A DNA stretch of 64,000 nucleotides from assembly GCA_010405405.1 (NCBI GenBank), contig MU004241.1:434001-498000 (forward strand). Direction: 5' to 3'. Position numbers and translations under genes: made by a program. A model generated the notes under the pieces. That model was not told the origin of the DNA, did not search any database, and was given only the letters and a program-made list of their open reading frames with translations. Shown piece by piece: positions 11,943 through 25,400 of the stretch (positions within the stretch are counted from its first letter, which is position 1; the number at the start of each line of letters is the position of its first letter). Source of the stretch: Microthyrium microscopicum. Taxonomy: Eukaryota.

Positions 11943-13486
11943 TTCTCGCGAAAGATGTCCACTTGAGCCTGCGTCTAGCCGATTATATTCTTCCTCAAAG
12001 AATTTATGTGATGGTGTGAAGCGCAAATGATCTGCAGCGTACGTGGACCGCGAATGATATGTCTGTTTATCCTTTGCTTATTATTTTTACCCCACAGTCA
12101 ACGACCACCTTCAATTTCGTTCGTTTGTTTGAACCAACATCACCTTGCAATTACTGTTTGATATTGAAACATGCTGTTGTCGCTTGCGAATTGGAGACTC
12201 GCGTGCTGTGAGAAAGCATAGACATCGCCTCCTTTAACCTCAAGTCCGTTTACTCGATCATCGTGTCCGTTGTTATGTCGCTCATCGACTATTCGAGAAC
12301 AAGGTATTTTAAGGATTGCCAACACGAATTACGATCGATTGAGTTCGACACATTTCCTGCTCATAAGCCGTCGGCCAAGCTTTGGAAAATATCACTGATG
12401 TGTTTTTATCCGCTTTTCTGTCAACAACACAGATGTGGCAACCAGTCGACAAAATACATAACGCGCTCACTTCAAGTGCGGTGAGTACCATCTGCTATTT
12501 TTTTTTTGAATTGAGTGCTTTCTTACCCCCTGTATGCGTAAAACAGTCCATTTTCCATCGAATGCGCTGGAAGTTGAAGCATCTTCTCGTTATAGAGTGC
12601 GATAGGCGACACCGAAGTTGATGGGAGCGCGCTATTTATATTGTCAAACCGGTTGGTATGGCACTGACTTCCATTTTCAGGTATCGTCAAACGAGCAGAA
12701 CTTTGCCGCAAGCAGCCGCAAATATACATTCGATTCATCGCCAGCCACAGTCATGAGAGAATTACAGATTGTACAGCACGTCAGCCTTGCATTAAATTTT
12801 CGTCAACGACGAACGGGATCCACGCAGATGGAGGCTAGCACGCAGCTGTCGAAACCGAACCATCTAGATCTTCTGAGACCACGGCCCTGGGATCCAATGA
12901 AGCAGAGCACGCATCCAGTATCTCCCAAATAACATCTCTGATGTTCGTAGAGCCCCAATCGCACGCGAAGAGATATTAATCCGGGCCTGCGATGGTTTGC
13001 TGGGTTCGCTGGTTGGTTCTCTTGGCATGGTCTCGGCACTCCAATCCATTCAAAGCGTTTACCTCGTGGTCCCTTAGCTCGGCCTTGGTATAACTCTAGA
13101 AGGACGACACTGTTGTAGAACAACTATCTTCGGCATCTCAAGCATGCTTCTCCAGCTTGGCCCTGCAGATGAGCTGCGGATAGCTCTGTCGATATGCAGC
13201 AGGTCCCATCGTGAACGTCATTTTTCAAGGTTCGTGACCGCATTCGGGCATGCCGTAGCCGTTCATGGACAAGGTCAAGTCCTTCTTTTCTTTATTTTTC
13301 TCATGAAGTATTTGGAAAAGAAACCGGATGCCCGGTCACCAATATGACAGGCAAAAGGGTATATATTAGGTGGACATGGGTGAGCTGTTTGCGCAAGGTT
13401 ACAGCTATTCACTCGTGGCGATCTCTTTCATCGTGCAGTCCTGAAAAACACACTTGAAAGAATCGCTAGTACGTTTCAATCTATCC

Positions 13487-15802
13487 ATGAAGTTCACGAT
13501 AGCTATAGTAGGCCTGCTACTTGGTGCGGCTCAAGGTCAGACCTTTCAGAGACTAGGAACTTGTCCAACGTTCGGTGAGTCCCAATACATGTGGCATTGA
13601 AAGAACATCGCTAAGTCAAAAGGATGTATATTTCCTCCTGATCAGGCAAACTTCCTCCTAGGTCAATTCTTTGATATCCGGCTGGAAGTCCACGCACCAG
13701 TCAATGGTACAGAAGCCAACGGAAAGCTTCCTGATGAGAAATTCACGTTCACCGTTGCAAGCAGTTCCGGATCTCCAGCTCCTGCTGCTTCATTCTTTTC
13801 GGTAGCAGAGCCAGCTTTAGAGCGTTGGAACTTCACCTGGTATGAGGACCTGTTTGCTCAAGATGCAAAGACACCATCTCTAGTCAATGTTACATCAAAA
13901 GCATACCGTCGTGTGCGATTCACCGCTCCAGGAACTTATACCGCCACACTCAACTATAACAATGGCTCAACTACTAAGGCAACATGGCATGTTCGGGATT
14001 TGCCCAAGACTCGCCGAGCCAAGAATGTCATTTTGTTCATCGGTAGGTCGTAGTCGCAGCGTTTCTATCATGAATTGACAATGTTAGGGGATGGAATGAC
14101 CACAAATGCTATCACCGCCGCTCGTCTCATTGGTCATAAGATGGTCAATGGATATTATCAGTCAAAGCTCGCATTGGATACGTTTCCAGTAATCGGGCAT
14201 CAAATGACGCACTCGATTGATTCTTTCATCACGGACAGTGCAAACAGTGCTACCGCCTTGTACACCGGCCACAAGAGCACTGTCAATGCTCTAGGCGTCT
14301 ACGCTGACTCTAGTCCTAATAAGTTTGACGATCCAAAGGCAAGTGGTTCGAATTGTAGCAGCTTTGGCTACAGGACTCATCGTGGTTAGCGGCATCGGCT
14401 AACGGAATGTTCAGGTTGAAACGATCGCAGAGCTTTTCCAGCGTCTCGTCAAGGGTGCCGTCGGGTGAGTTGCCAGAATTGCAGCAAGTAAACACGCTGA
14501 TATAATAATCAGGATCGTATCGACTGCCTTTTTAGCTGATGCTACTCCCGCAGCATTGGTAGCACATACCAGAGATCGAGGTCAATATGGACCTGTCGTT
14601 GACAGCTTCTTCAATGGAGTGGCCAATTACACATGGTCGAACTGGACTGGAGTTGATGTGCTCTTTGGTGGAGGAGCCGAAAACTTCTACAACAGCTCGT
14701 TGGGCGGATTAACTTACCTGAATCGCGATCAATATGCCGAAGCAAAGAAAAAGGGCTACGGTGTCGTCTACAACAATACAGACCTTCAGAAGTTGCCCAA
14801 CAACCAGCGTGCACTCGGCGTATTTAGTGTTTCCAATATGGCCAAGGTCAGTAGCCATGTTTGCACTAGAATTTTCATGTTAACAGTGTCCAGTGGCTCG
14901 ACCGTAATGTCTTCACCACCAATCTCAAGGTAAGGTATTCGTAGAGTAGTTTGTGGAAGCGCTGACAGTAGCAGAACCAAAACAACTCTGCTGATGGTCT
15001 CAAGAAGGACGCTATTGATCAGCCTGGTCTCAAAGAGATGACACTCAAAGCTATCGATATCGTCAGCGCTAGATCTAATGGTAGTGGCTGGTTCGTTATG
15101 TCCGAGGCTGCTTCGATTGATAAAATGCTTCACGTGCTCGATTATGATCGAGCTCTGGGAGAAACTCTGGAACTGGACGACACGGTGCGAGCTACTATCG
15201 CCAAGTTGAAGGCTTCCGGACAACTCAACGATACTCTTATCATTGTGACTGCTGATCACGGGTAAGTCAATCTTACCATAGCTACAATGAATGCTAAATC
15301 CTGCAGACATGGCTTCGATGTAACCGGATCTGTTGATACCAAGTATCTTCAAGCACAAAACACCACTCGTGCGAAGCGTAATGCAGTTGGGGTCTATCAA
15401 AACGCCGGTTTGTCACAATATGTCATGACTGGTAACCTCACCTACGCAAATGACTCGCATTTCCCGTCCAATTGGGATCCACGTTATACTCTTCAACAAG
15501 GTGTTGTGACCTTCCCTGACAGGATTGAAGATTATATGGTCAACAAGAATGGCCCTCGAACTCCAGCTGTCAATACCTCAGCTGCCCTTGACAACTATGT
15601 TGCCAATCCAAAAGAGCACACCCACGGCATTCTTATTAACGGCACACTGCCGCTTAATGAAGCTCAAGGTGTTCACTCCTTGACGGACGTACCAGTCTAC
15701 GCTATGGGTCCTGGCCAAGAGCTCTTCGGCGGGACTTATAACAATATCGACATCTTTTACAAGATCGCTGAGGTCTATGGATTGAGTGGTAAGGGGTTGT
15801 AA
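13487..15802 (+). CDS. Secreted alkaline phosphatase (multi-exon)
   Basis: Signal peptide MKFTIAIVGLLLGAAQG; motifs AKNVILFIGDGM, TDSANSATA (catalytic Ser), EAASIDKMLH, VTADHGHG and HSLTDVPVYAMGPG. Several GT-AG introns plus a GC-AG intron at 14339-14414. Confidence 0.93.
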
Positions 15803-16102
15803 CAGGATCGATTAACATTTGACCAGTTGGTGCCTTTAATGAATCTTATGAGAGATTGTACATATAAGAATATCTAATACAATGAATGCTAGTGCTGATA
15901 GTGCTATGTCAACCCAGACACAAACCGCTGCTCAAATTCTCTAGACATCTTCCAGACGATCCGACCTCCTCCGGATGGCCTCACGCCTGGTGGGCACTAA
16001 CCTCAGTAAGGACCGACGTACTGAAGAGGAGAAAGATGAGGTCTTGTTTCCACTTACCTCCAACTACTATGCCTAAAATCAAACAATACCAAAGGCACGA
16101 CC

Positions 16103-17679
16103 CTAAATCAAGAGCGCAACAAAAACAGCGGCAGCGAGACCAGCGATGCCCACCGAGTTCTTCATGCCTAAGGACATTTCCGGCATTGTGCTATTCTTTC
16201 CGCCACTGACACCTGTGCCACCCGTCATTGTTCCATTCATACCTCCTTTCATTCCTCCCCCTTTCCCGTTTTCTCCTCCATTCTCTCCTCCAGTCATTTT
16301 CTTCATTTGTGGGACAACGTACATGATGGAGATACCCTGAAAGATTGTTAGTATGAGTTTTCACAGTTGTTGCAGTTTCAGGCAGCACTGGTCAATATGC
16401 TGAGATCACACCCTGTGGCGCTATGCCAAAGCAATGATAGAGGATCAAACCAGGGCAAAGTGAGGTTGATTTGTTTTTCAACCAAGAACTTACCATGATA
16501 GGACTCATCTTTCCGTCAGCCTCGTACATGCCCATATGCTTAGTCATGTCATAAAAGGCTTTGATCTGGAATTCATCGCCCGTCTTGAACTCGGCATTGT
16601 CTGGTTTGTAGCAGGAGCTGATGTTGGAAACATGCATCATCGCCATAGGCTTGTCCATTCCCGGCATACCTTTCATGCCTTCCATACCTTGCATACCGGT
16701 CATGTTCATACCTGGCATCATGTTGGAGTCAATATAGCCTGGCGCTGCACCATAGGTCGCCACGCTATTGCAGATCTCTTTGTCGTTCTTTGTTACAGTT
16801 AGGTGCGTGCCTCCGTCATGCAAATGACTGCCCATGCCAAGAATCATACCATCCATTGGCATTTTGAATGCTGGCTGCATGGTATAATCACTCGTGGTGT
16901 TGGAGGTTGGTGGCACGTCGCTGTTCATACAACCGCCGATGTCTAGCCAAATGGTGTCAAGGGCCTGGAAGCCTTTGGGCATACCGGGGATGAATTCGTA
17001 GTCAACAGTCATGACGGCGTCGCGCATTTCTGGAATCTCGTTCATGAGTTCCATGAGCATGAACATCTTGTCTTTTGCTTTGAGATAGTATCCAGTCTTT
17101 GAGGTTCTGCATTATATTAGCCCATGCAGCTGCGCATTGTCCTCTCTTTACTTACCCGCCGACGCTTAAATCTACCGGCGTTCTCTCATTGCCACTGGCA
17201 AAAAATCGTTGAGGAGCTAGCTCTGATGCTTGGCAAACAGTGTCCTTTCGTCCAACGTTGATGGCGACAGAGTGGTGAAGCCACATGCCAGTATCCGAAT
17301 TAGCGACTGTCCCGTTGGGGTACTCTAGGCCAGCGTGCATGTATGTAATCAAGCAATCATCGCATGGTTTGGCCGCGTTGCGATCCAAGAATGTAGCCAT
17401 ACCACCAATGACCTTGCTCGAAGGAACACTATGTGGGCCATATTTGACTCGCACCCTTTGGGACTTAAGGTCTTTGAAGAATTGGGGTTCGAGTTTGGTG
17501 ATATTGGGGTTTGCTGCGGACGCAGGAGTTTCTGAGCCCGATCAGCTTGAAGTTCAGGGGCTTTTATTTTTTAACTCACCGGCGAACTGGGCCTTATTGT
17601 TAAAGTCCCAGCTAAATTCTGCGTTTGACTGATGAGCCAGGAGCACTAGGCTGCCCAGCAACTTCAACGAGATAGCCAT
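16103..17679 (-). CDS. Secreted, probably GPI-anchored Met-rich SURNod19-like protein (4 exons)
   Basis: ATG at 17679 starts MAISLKLLGSLVLLAHQSNA. Spliced motifs GMWLHH, FFASGNER, GSHLHDGG, ICNSVATYG, SSCYKP and PIMGISIMYV; hydrophobic C-terminus GIAGLAAAVFVALLI. Confidence 0.75.
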
Positions 17680-18372
17680 AATTCGAAATTGAATCAAAAT
17701 CTTTCTATATCCTGCATAGAAGAGGCGCAAAAAGGGCGATGGCTTCTCACCGCCCTATCATTCAGGTTTAATAGGTACACTTCAGCAAGAAACGGTTCCA
17801 CTATCACTCTGTACTCCGTAGCAATTACCAAAGTAGTAATGTTTTCAGGAAGTTTAAGCTTCTACCTTTCCATGCCGAGGCTGAGAGAAACAAATGGACA
17901 AGCTGCGACATGCAAGCCCGGCGAAGTGTGAAACGGATGCATCATGCGAACCATTTCTCAGATTCTCAAAAGTTCGTAGATCATCTCTTGGATTGGCTGG
18001 ACCTCTGGGAGTTCTCTCAAGCCCATAATAAACCACGCTTTGTGGTATCTTTTCCAGATTTTTGCACGTTATCGCGATAGTAAGTCCCAGACAACGATAA
18101 CCTGTGATAGAATATGCCTCAGAATTCTGACCATAAGGCTGTGATTCGGCCCAGGCTTGTCATTGGTCAAGTACCACCGGCTCTGCACGACCATTGGCTG
18201 CGGAACTGACCGGTCTAGCCTAGTGCGGCTAGTACAATGCAGACTACGAAATGCACTAGCTCGACTTGGAGCTACACAACTCCATCGTCTTCATCAGCCT
18301 CAAAGTTTCTTACCACTCAGCATATGGGCGGGTTCTGTATCATTATACCGGAACAGCACCACGACAAGCCCG

Positions 18373-20134
18373 ATGGCAGACTTCATTCGATACTGCTGCC
18401 CCTTGTGTGGCTGTCCTATCGGCGGGGCTTGTTATGAGACGTGGATACATGAAATTCGAGCTCTCTATGTTACTGATTGGAACGATTGGACAGACGTGAA
18501 TCTATCTGGTGTAGGCTGGAGTCGAGCCAATACTGATAGCGACATCGTTCCGCAGAACATTGGAGAACGATACAAGGGTCCCCATCCCAAGCCCATCAAG
18601 TACATTGAAGTGACGCGAATGCTTCCCACAACAGCGCCATCACTTGGACACCACGTAAGTTTTACCCGTCTAAATCCAACTTCATCATTCTCTTGGGGAC
18701 AAAGCGATTATATCGGAGCACTCGGAGGCTCTCGCTGTAGCTCGTGACAGCCACCAACTGCGGTGAGGCATCATCGTTAGAATCTCTTGTGGATTTTCCC
18801 AAGCGTCTTGAAACCGAAACACCATGTGCTTTTAGACTGACAGATTCAGGGCGCAAATAAAGCCATGGGATATTCCATTCATGATGCCTGTTGGAATATC
18901 TTGGAAAGAGCATGCGATCCTGAGCCAATTCATTTGCAGTCATTGATGCTCATTTTGAGATCGTTTCCAAATGATCAAGGCATCGTCAACTGGGGTCATA
19001 CTTATGGAAATCTTTTCAAGCCCATGAATAGTGAACATCGCGCCATTCCCGGGCAGACTGCCGTTTTCACGCACCGATATGACAAATCTCAGTTGACAGA
19101 CCCTGGGGATTGCGGGCTTCAGGAGGAATTCATAGCCTGGGCTCAGGACCAGACAAATGACCACCTCCTTCTCAGGACACTAGGCGTGCCATCTCAGACT
19201 CGAGATGACTGCCTTGAAAAACTGCCCTTTGAAATCCGGGCGATGATATTGCCATATATATCCTCAAGCGATATGCTCAACATGATATTTTCATCCGCAG
19301 CCTTCAGAAGCTCAGAACTACTCGAAATATTCTTCAAGTCTAGGTTCGCGTTCTATGGCGAGCACGAGTATGTCCTTGAGGCCCAGACCCTTCGTACATT
19401 GCGTTCTGGTCGTCAACACGTGTCATGGCACTCAGTATACTCCAATTTTAGAAAGTATCTTCCAACCCATGCGATGACTATGCAACGACTTCGATCTCGG
19501 AAAAGAATATGGCATTTGGTATTACCGTTGGCTCACCTAGTCGTCACCCACCAAGGTCTTGAGCCCGAAGGGCAGGTATTCCCTGCCGGAGATTTACAGC
19601 ATCAAAGCAAGCAACGACTCGCCAGTACCGATCTCGTATATGCACATGGATCGTGGCTCTCGGCTGTTGCTTTCTATCGCAAAATTACAATAAATCCTAC
19701 CCAAATCACGAGAATAGATATATCGAGGCTTGCCTTCCACGGCGCGATATATACCAGTGGGCTAAAAATCTTTCAGGATGGCAAGACAGACGTACTTGAC
19801 TTAGGTTATCCCACACTTGGCCAAAAGAGCTCATACAAGCTTGATCATAGTACAGTCGCGAATGACAAGAAGACCAGTATGCTCACAAAGTTATATGCTG
19901 TTGTGGCGCCGCTGGGGATTCTTGCTCTCTCCACCGTTCCTGACGATGTCGACCTCGTCAAAACTTCATTTGAAACTGGGCGAAAAATTGATGTTATGGA
20001 GTTTGAGGCTGAACAAGAGATCGAGTTGAAAGCTCACTTCGATGTAAGGTATTAAACTTGTTTGCTGCGCACGCTAACGAATATTTCAGGCGTTTCGGAT
20101 GATATCTTTACAAATTGAGCCCGTCTTCCATTGA
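18373..20134 (+). CDS. Fungal F-box-like hypothetical protein (3 exons)
   Basis: CPLCG...WIHEIRALY...LSGVG; IHDACWNIL; F-box-like DCLEKLPFEIRAMILPYI; LRSRKRIW. Last intron at 20044-20089, then AFRMISLQIEPVFH*. Confidence 0.7.
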
Positions 20135-20724
20135 ACAGGAAGACAGCTCACGAGATATCTGATCAGATCTGTTAGAGCCTATTTTGCATCTGATACGCAA
20201 GCAATATGGATACCCACGCATGTCGCGACGAGCTAAACAACCCAACCACCTATGCCCCATCACTGCGATGTCTGTCATCGAGAGCCAGTACTGACAAGTT
20301 CTTCGGACTTGCTCTACCTGACATTCAAATTTCCATTCATAAAAAGCAGCAAAACGGAACTTAAGTAGGGCAGTTCTCTTAATAAAAGTCATTCTTTCAA
20401 TAACTACTCATTGTTGCTGAAACTTGCACCTTTGGTAAACATCAACCACAGATTGACTTGGCTGCAACTAGAGGTTGGTTCTGGTCTTCTTTTCCGTGGG
20501 ACACTTCCATCATTCTTCCATTATTGCGGCTTGGTCATCCCCTCGCCCGTAAAGTTGTTTCAAGCCCAAGCATACATATCTAAACGAACAAAAATGTTTC
20601 ATCCGTCTCACCATTGCTACACCCCACGAAACGTCACCAACTCGGTTCGACATGCGATAGATACAAGCGATCCAACGTAACTGAAAAGGCTACTATCGAA
20701 TATCTACCATGGACAACAATTTCG

Positions 20725-21707
20725 ATGGAGAAGCAGCTGAAGCCAAACTCGCCCTCGTCAGCTACCAGTATTCTTAAAAATGTCGGGCGCATGTTCACGA
20801 GCTACCCGATATGGAATATATCCTGGGTCGTCGCTTTCATCTATACTATCGGTTCGATGATATGGGTTTTGAATGCTTGGTCAGTCATCAGTGACATTCT
20901 TGGATGATCTTATAGCTTAAACTAACACATTCATGTAGCTTTACTTGGCTACCTTTGGTTGCGCCAAGCAGTGAGTTCCCAAACGAGATTCTTTATGGCG
21001 GCGGTATCACGGCATTCTTCGGAGTACTGGTCTTCGAAATCGGTAGCTATCTTTTAGTAGTAGAATCGGTGAATGCGGAGCAGACAACATATTTTGGATC
21101 CGCTGTGAAGCAACTATTCGGATATGGCCTTACCAACCCAGAAATCATTATACACTCTACTGGTTTTAAAGAGCCGTTCATTTTTACCCAGAAATCCACA
21201 ATAAAATCCGAAGTTGGGCGTACGATCACTACGATTGAGAAGATCGAATGGATCTGGTTTCCGAGCTGGAAGGCAATGCGAACACGTCACTTCTACGATC
21301 TTGCCTTTCTATCCGCTATTTCCCAGCTATTAGGAACCAGTGTCTTTTGTATAAGCGGCATCACAGGTCTTCCTGGAATACTCAATCATCTTTCTAGACC
21401 ATTGACAGCGGCAATCTATTGGACACCCCAGACCATTGGCGCGCCCGGGTTCTTTATATCGGGACTACTGATACTGCTCAAAAACCAGAAACAGTGGTAT
21501 AAGCCAGCTCTCAAAACTCTTGATTGGCATGTCGGACTTTGGAGCGTTTTCGGCGGTGTTGGATTCATTCTCAGTCCAGTGTTTGGCTATAATCCTGCCA
21601 CAGGATTTCATTCTTCTCTGAGCACATTTTGTGGCTCTTGTGCTTTTCTAATTGCATCCCTTCTACAGCTTTATGGCAGTTTGAAAGAGACTACATCGGA
21701 AATATAA
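20725..21707 (+). CDS. Fungal multi-pass integral membrane protein
   Basis: Two exons: YPIWNISWVVAFIYTIGSMIWVLNA, an intron at about 20880-20938, then several hydrophobic helices. The start codon is uncertain. Confidence 0.7.
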
Positions 21708-22331
21708 ATGCTTAGTGCGGCGTAAATGACAATTAAAAAGCAAGATCCTGCACGTCGCCAACGGCGAAGTTTTGTGTTTAAAATCGCAATCGATCAACAT
21801 CTAATGATCATGCTTTACAATAACCAGTACCATTGACCGACAAACCAATGAAGGGCATCACACGTCTATGCAGACGTAGCTTTCCTCGCTCTCCACTCAT
21901 TCTCCAGCATTCCAAAGCTCAAATAATCGTGCCATTTGCCATCATACCACAAACTCTCCCGACTTCTGCCCTCAAACACGAACCCAAGCTTCGGATACAA
22001 TCTTTGAGCTCCGTCATTGTACGAAAACGTCTCAATTCCGATACGATGTAACCCAGCCTTTTGAAATCCCCACTCCAATACCCAGTTAATGGCCTCGGAC
22101 CCATAACCTTTGTTTTGGTATGGCGCCAAAATGTCCAAGCTAATGTAGCTATTTCGGTGGTGCTCATAGCCCGGTCTTGGTGCTGTGAGGTAGATACTTC
22201 CAATCGCCACCTCGTTCTCGGATTCGGTAGAAGAATTTCTGGGCTTGCCTGCAGATTCATGGCTATCGCCTTGTGCTTGATGCTGCTGAGGTGATGTTTT
22301 GAGACAGATAACTACGCCAAGCAGTGTCTTC

Positions 22332-22460
22332 TGTTTGAAGGTGTCTTACAAGAGTACTTCTAGAGTACATATAATAGTACTAATGTCTTGGCACTTATTA
22401 TAAGTAGCAATGGATCCCCTAGTAGTAGATAATTAAGTAATTTTACTCTATCTTTTGATA
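22332..22460 (+). repeat. 5' LTR of the Copia element
   Basis: 129-bp direct repeat of 28646-28774; the differences I saw are C/T and G/A transitions. Confidence 0.95.
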
Positions 22461-22472
22461 AGTTATGAGCCT
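22461..22472 (+). other. Primer-binding site of Ty5/Hemivirus type (half initiator tRNA-Met)
   Basis: AGTTATGAGCCT directly after the LTR, matching GGTTATGAGCC with one RIP-type G>A change. Confidence 0.7.
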
Positions 22473-25400
22473 AGGTAATGTAATACCTAATTATAGCTCT
22501 TCTTTAGTATATTTAAATAACTTTCTAAAATTATTCTATACCTTTAAAATTGTTCTACCTAAAGGATCTAATTAGATTATGTAGGGAAATCCCTTAAGAG
22601 AGATTTCCCTCTATATCCTAAGATAGATATTTTCTTATTTAGAAAAGAAACTAATAAGTTCTCTAGCTATTACTTTTAAGCCTATAATAATAATTCCTTA
22701 TTACTACTATTAGCTAAAACTATAATCTAGATGTACTTAAAACCTAAAATATATAAGCTTAACCCTTATACTAAGACCTAAATAGCCTAAAAAGTAGTTA
22801 TTTATAAGTAGTTGTCTACTCTATTAAATAATAGTAGAACTTGCTCTTAAGATAGTAATACTAGCTAAGGTATCTTATAATCCTTAATAGTCTCTTTCTA
22901 AGTACATATTATTATCTATTAAAAAACCTAATTATATCTTATTATATTCTTAAAATAAGACTTAAGATCGTTAAATAAGAAGCAATATAGCTAAAAAGAA
23001 GCTTTAAACATTTAACTCTACTAAGTTTAAAACTCTTATATCCTTAGAGCGAACTAGGTTATAAAGCAAAATATCTAAAGGTATTAAGCCTAAATAATCT
23101 AAAAAGATTAAGTTAAAGAAGGTAGACCTTATTATTAACGATATACCTTATTAAATTAATACTACTAAAGAATTCCTTTAGGCTAATAAAAATCTCCTAA
23201 AAGTTAACGTAATTAATAAGAAGAAGAAGAGTTAGAATAATAATATACCTTATAAGAAGAATAAAGAGAAAGTACCTATTTAGAGCGTTAAACCTATTAT
23301 ATCTACTAAGTATATCCTAGAGAGAAGTAAAGCCTTAATAAATTATTATAGTAATACTAAACGTTAAGAAAGATAGCTAGTAGAGGCCCCTTTATATATA
23401 AATATAGGTAAAGATACTCCTAATCTAGGTAGTAATTCTTTTCTATTAGAACCTAAATATTACTTAGATAGCGCTCCTCTATTTTTACTAAGTCTAACTC
23501 CTTCTAAATTAGAGTCTAAAAATAAAGAAGTTAAAGAAGAAAAAAAATATAATAACGTCCCTAAAAACCCTCTTCTTATACCTATAATACCTATACGTAG
23601 AGCCTCTTATAGAGCTTATAGCAGACGTAGTATAAAACGCCCTATACTGACTAATTAGCTAGAAGGTATTATAATAAGATTATAACAAAGCTATACTAGA
23701 GGCTTATCTTAGACTAAACTCTCTAATTAACCTAGACTTACTAGACCTACTAGACTTGCTAGACTTGCTATCTCTATTTTATAGTTTGCTATTAATCTAT
23801 AGAGCCTCTTAGGGGGTTTATTCTCTAAATAAATAGTAGCCTTAATATAGTTGCTAGCTTAATAAGCTTAACCTACTCTACCTACTATATTATCTCTTCT
23901 TCCCTTATCCTTTCTTAGTAGTACTATAAATCTACTATTTATCCTAGCTATAAGTAATAAATTCCTTATTAATAGTACTAATATAAAGCTAAACTTTAAT
24001 TAAGCCTTTAAACTTATTATAAGTACTAAGTTCTATAAACTAGAAGGTAACTCTAACTAGTAAACTTAGAACTAATAGTTTAGAGGTTTTATAGAAACTA
24101 TTAACTTCTAGAACTTCTTTATTAGTATATTTAACTATATATCTAACTTCTAATAAGTCTTTTAGTAAAACTACTAAAGTACTTATGTTCTAGAACTCCT
24201 ATTCTTTACTTACTTATCTAAGCTTCTAAGCTTTCCTATATCTCTTATAAATCTAAAAGAGGCCTTTATGCTTCTTAAGTAATAATATTATAGAATAAGA
24301 TATAATTAATTTACTAGTATTATTTATAAGCTACATAATATTAATTATTAATTAATAGGCTTTACTAAAGAACTTACTACTACTATTAGTATTATTTAGG
24401 TAGAAGTAGCTTAGCTTAGTAATAGCTATAAAATTCTAAACTAGATATATAATATTTAGTATATAGAGAATGTTCCTAGTATTCTTAATAATAAAGTTAG
24501 TAGTCTAACTAAGCATTCTAATATATAGAGCTATAAAGTTAATTATAACTTTAGTACTCTTATAGATATCCTTATTACTAAAGAGAATCGCTTTACTAGA
24601 AAAGATAATAGTTTCTTTATTATTTTAAGTATATAATAAAAAGCTAGTAAACTACGTCTTTATTTTAATACTTTATAAGAACTAGTAAACTTTATAAAGA
24701 ATCTAGCTATTAGTAAATATCTAAGATACCTAAATAATTTTTATAGAGACTTTAATAGTCCCTATAGCTATTATAATTATAAAGCAAATACTTAATAATA
24801 AGATAAGAGGCGTTCTAGATAGAATAAGAAATCTAGTTAAGCTCCTAAGCAAAGTTAAGGTATTAAAAAAGGAAGCTTTTAATAATATAAAAGCTCTTAC
24901 TTTAGGTAGTATAGCTAGAATATATACTATAGTTAAAATAAGCCTAAGTATACTAGAATATTTTATTCTTACTACTTATAATATTACTATAGACTAGATA
25001 TTTAACTTTAGCACTAAAAGATACATTATAGATAATTTAGTTTAGTTTGCTAGTTAACTTATAGGCGTATTCTTTAGTACTTACCTTATTAGCGTTAGTA
25101 GTTATATAGAAGTTAAGAAAGTAGGCATTATATATATACCTATTTAAGTTCTTAATAAAGATAGTAAAGAACTATACTCTAAGATTCTTAACTTATATAA
25201 TTCCTACTATATTCTTAATCTCTTATTTAATATTATCTCTCTTAAACGCCTTTTCCTTAATGTATATAGAGAAGAGACTAATATTTTTATTATCTTTAAA
25301 AGCCTCTACGCCTCTATCTTGTATAATAATAGTCTACTTATTACTAAAGCTAATTATATTAGTAAAGATCTTTATTTATTACTTACTAAATATCTTTCTT

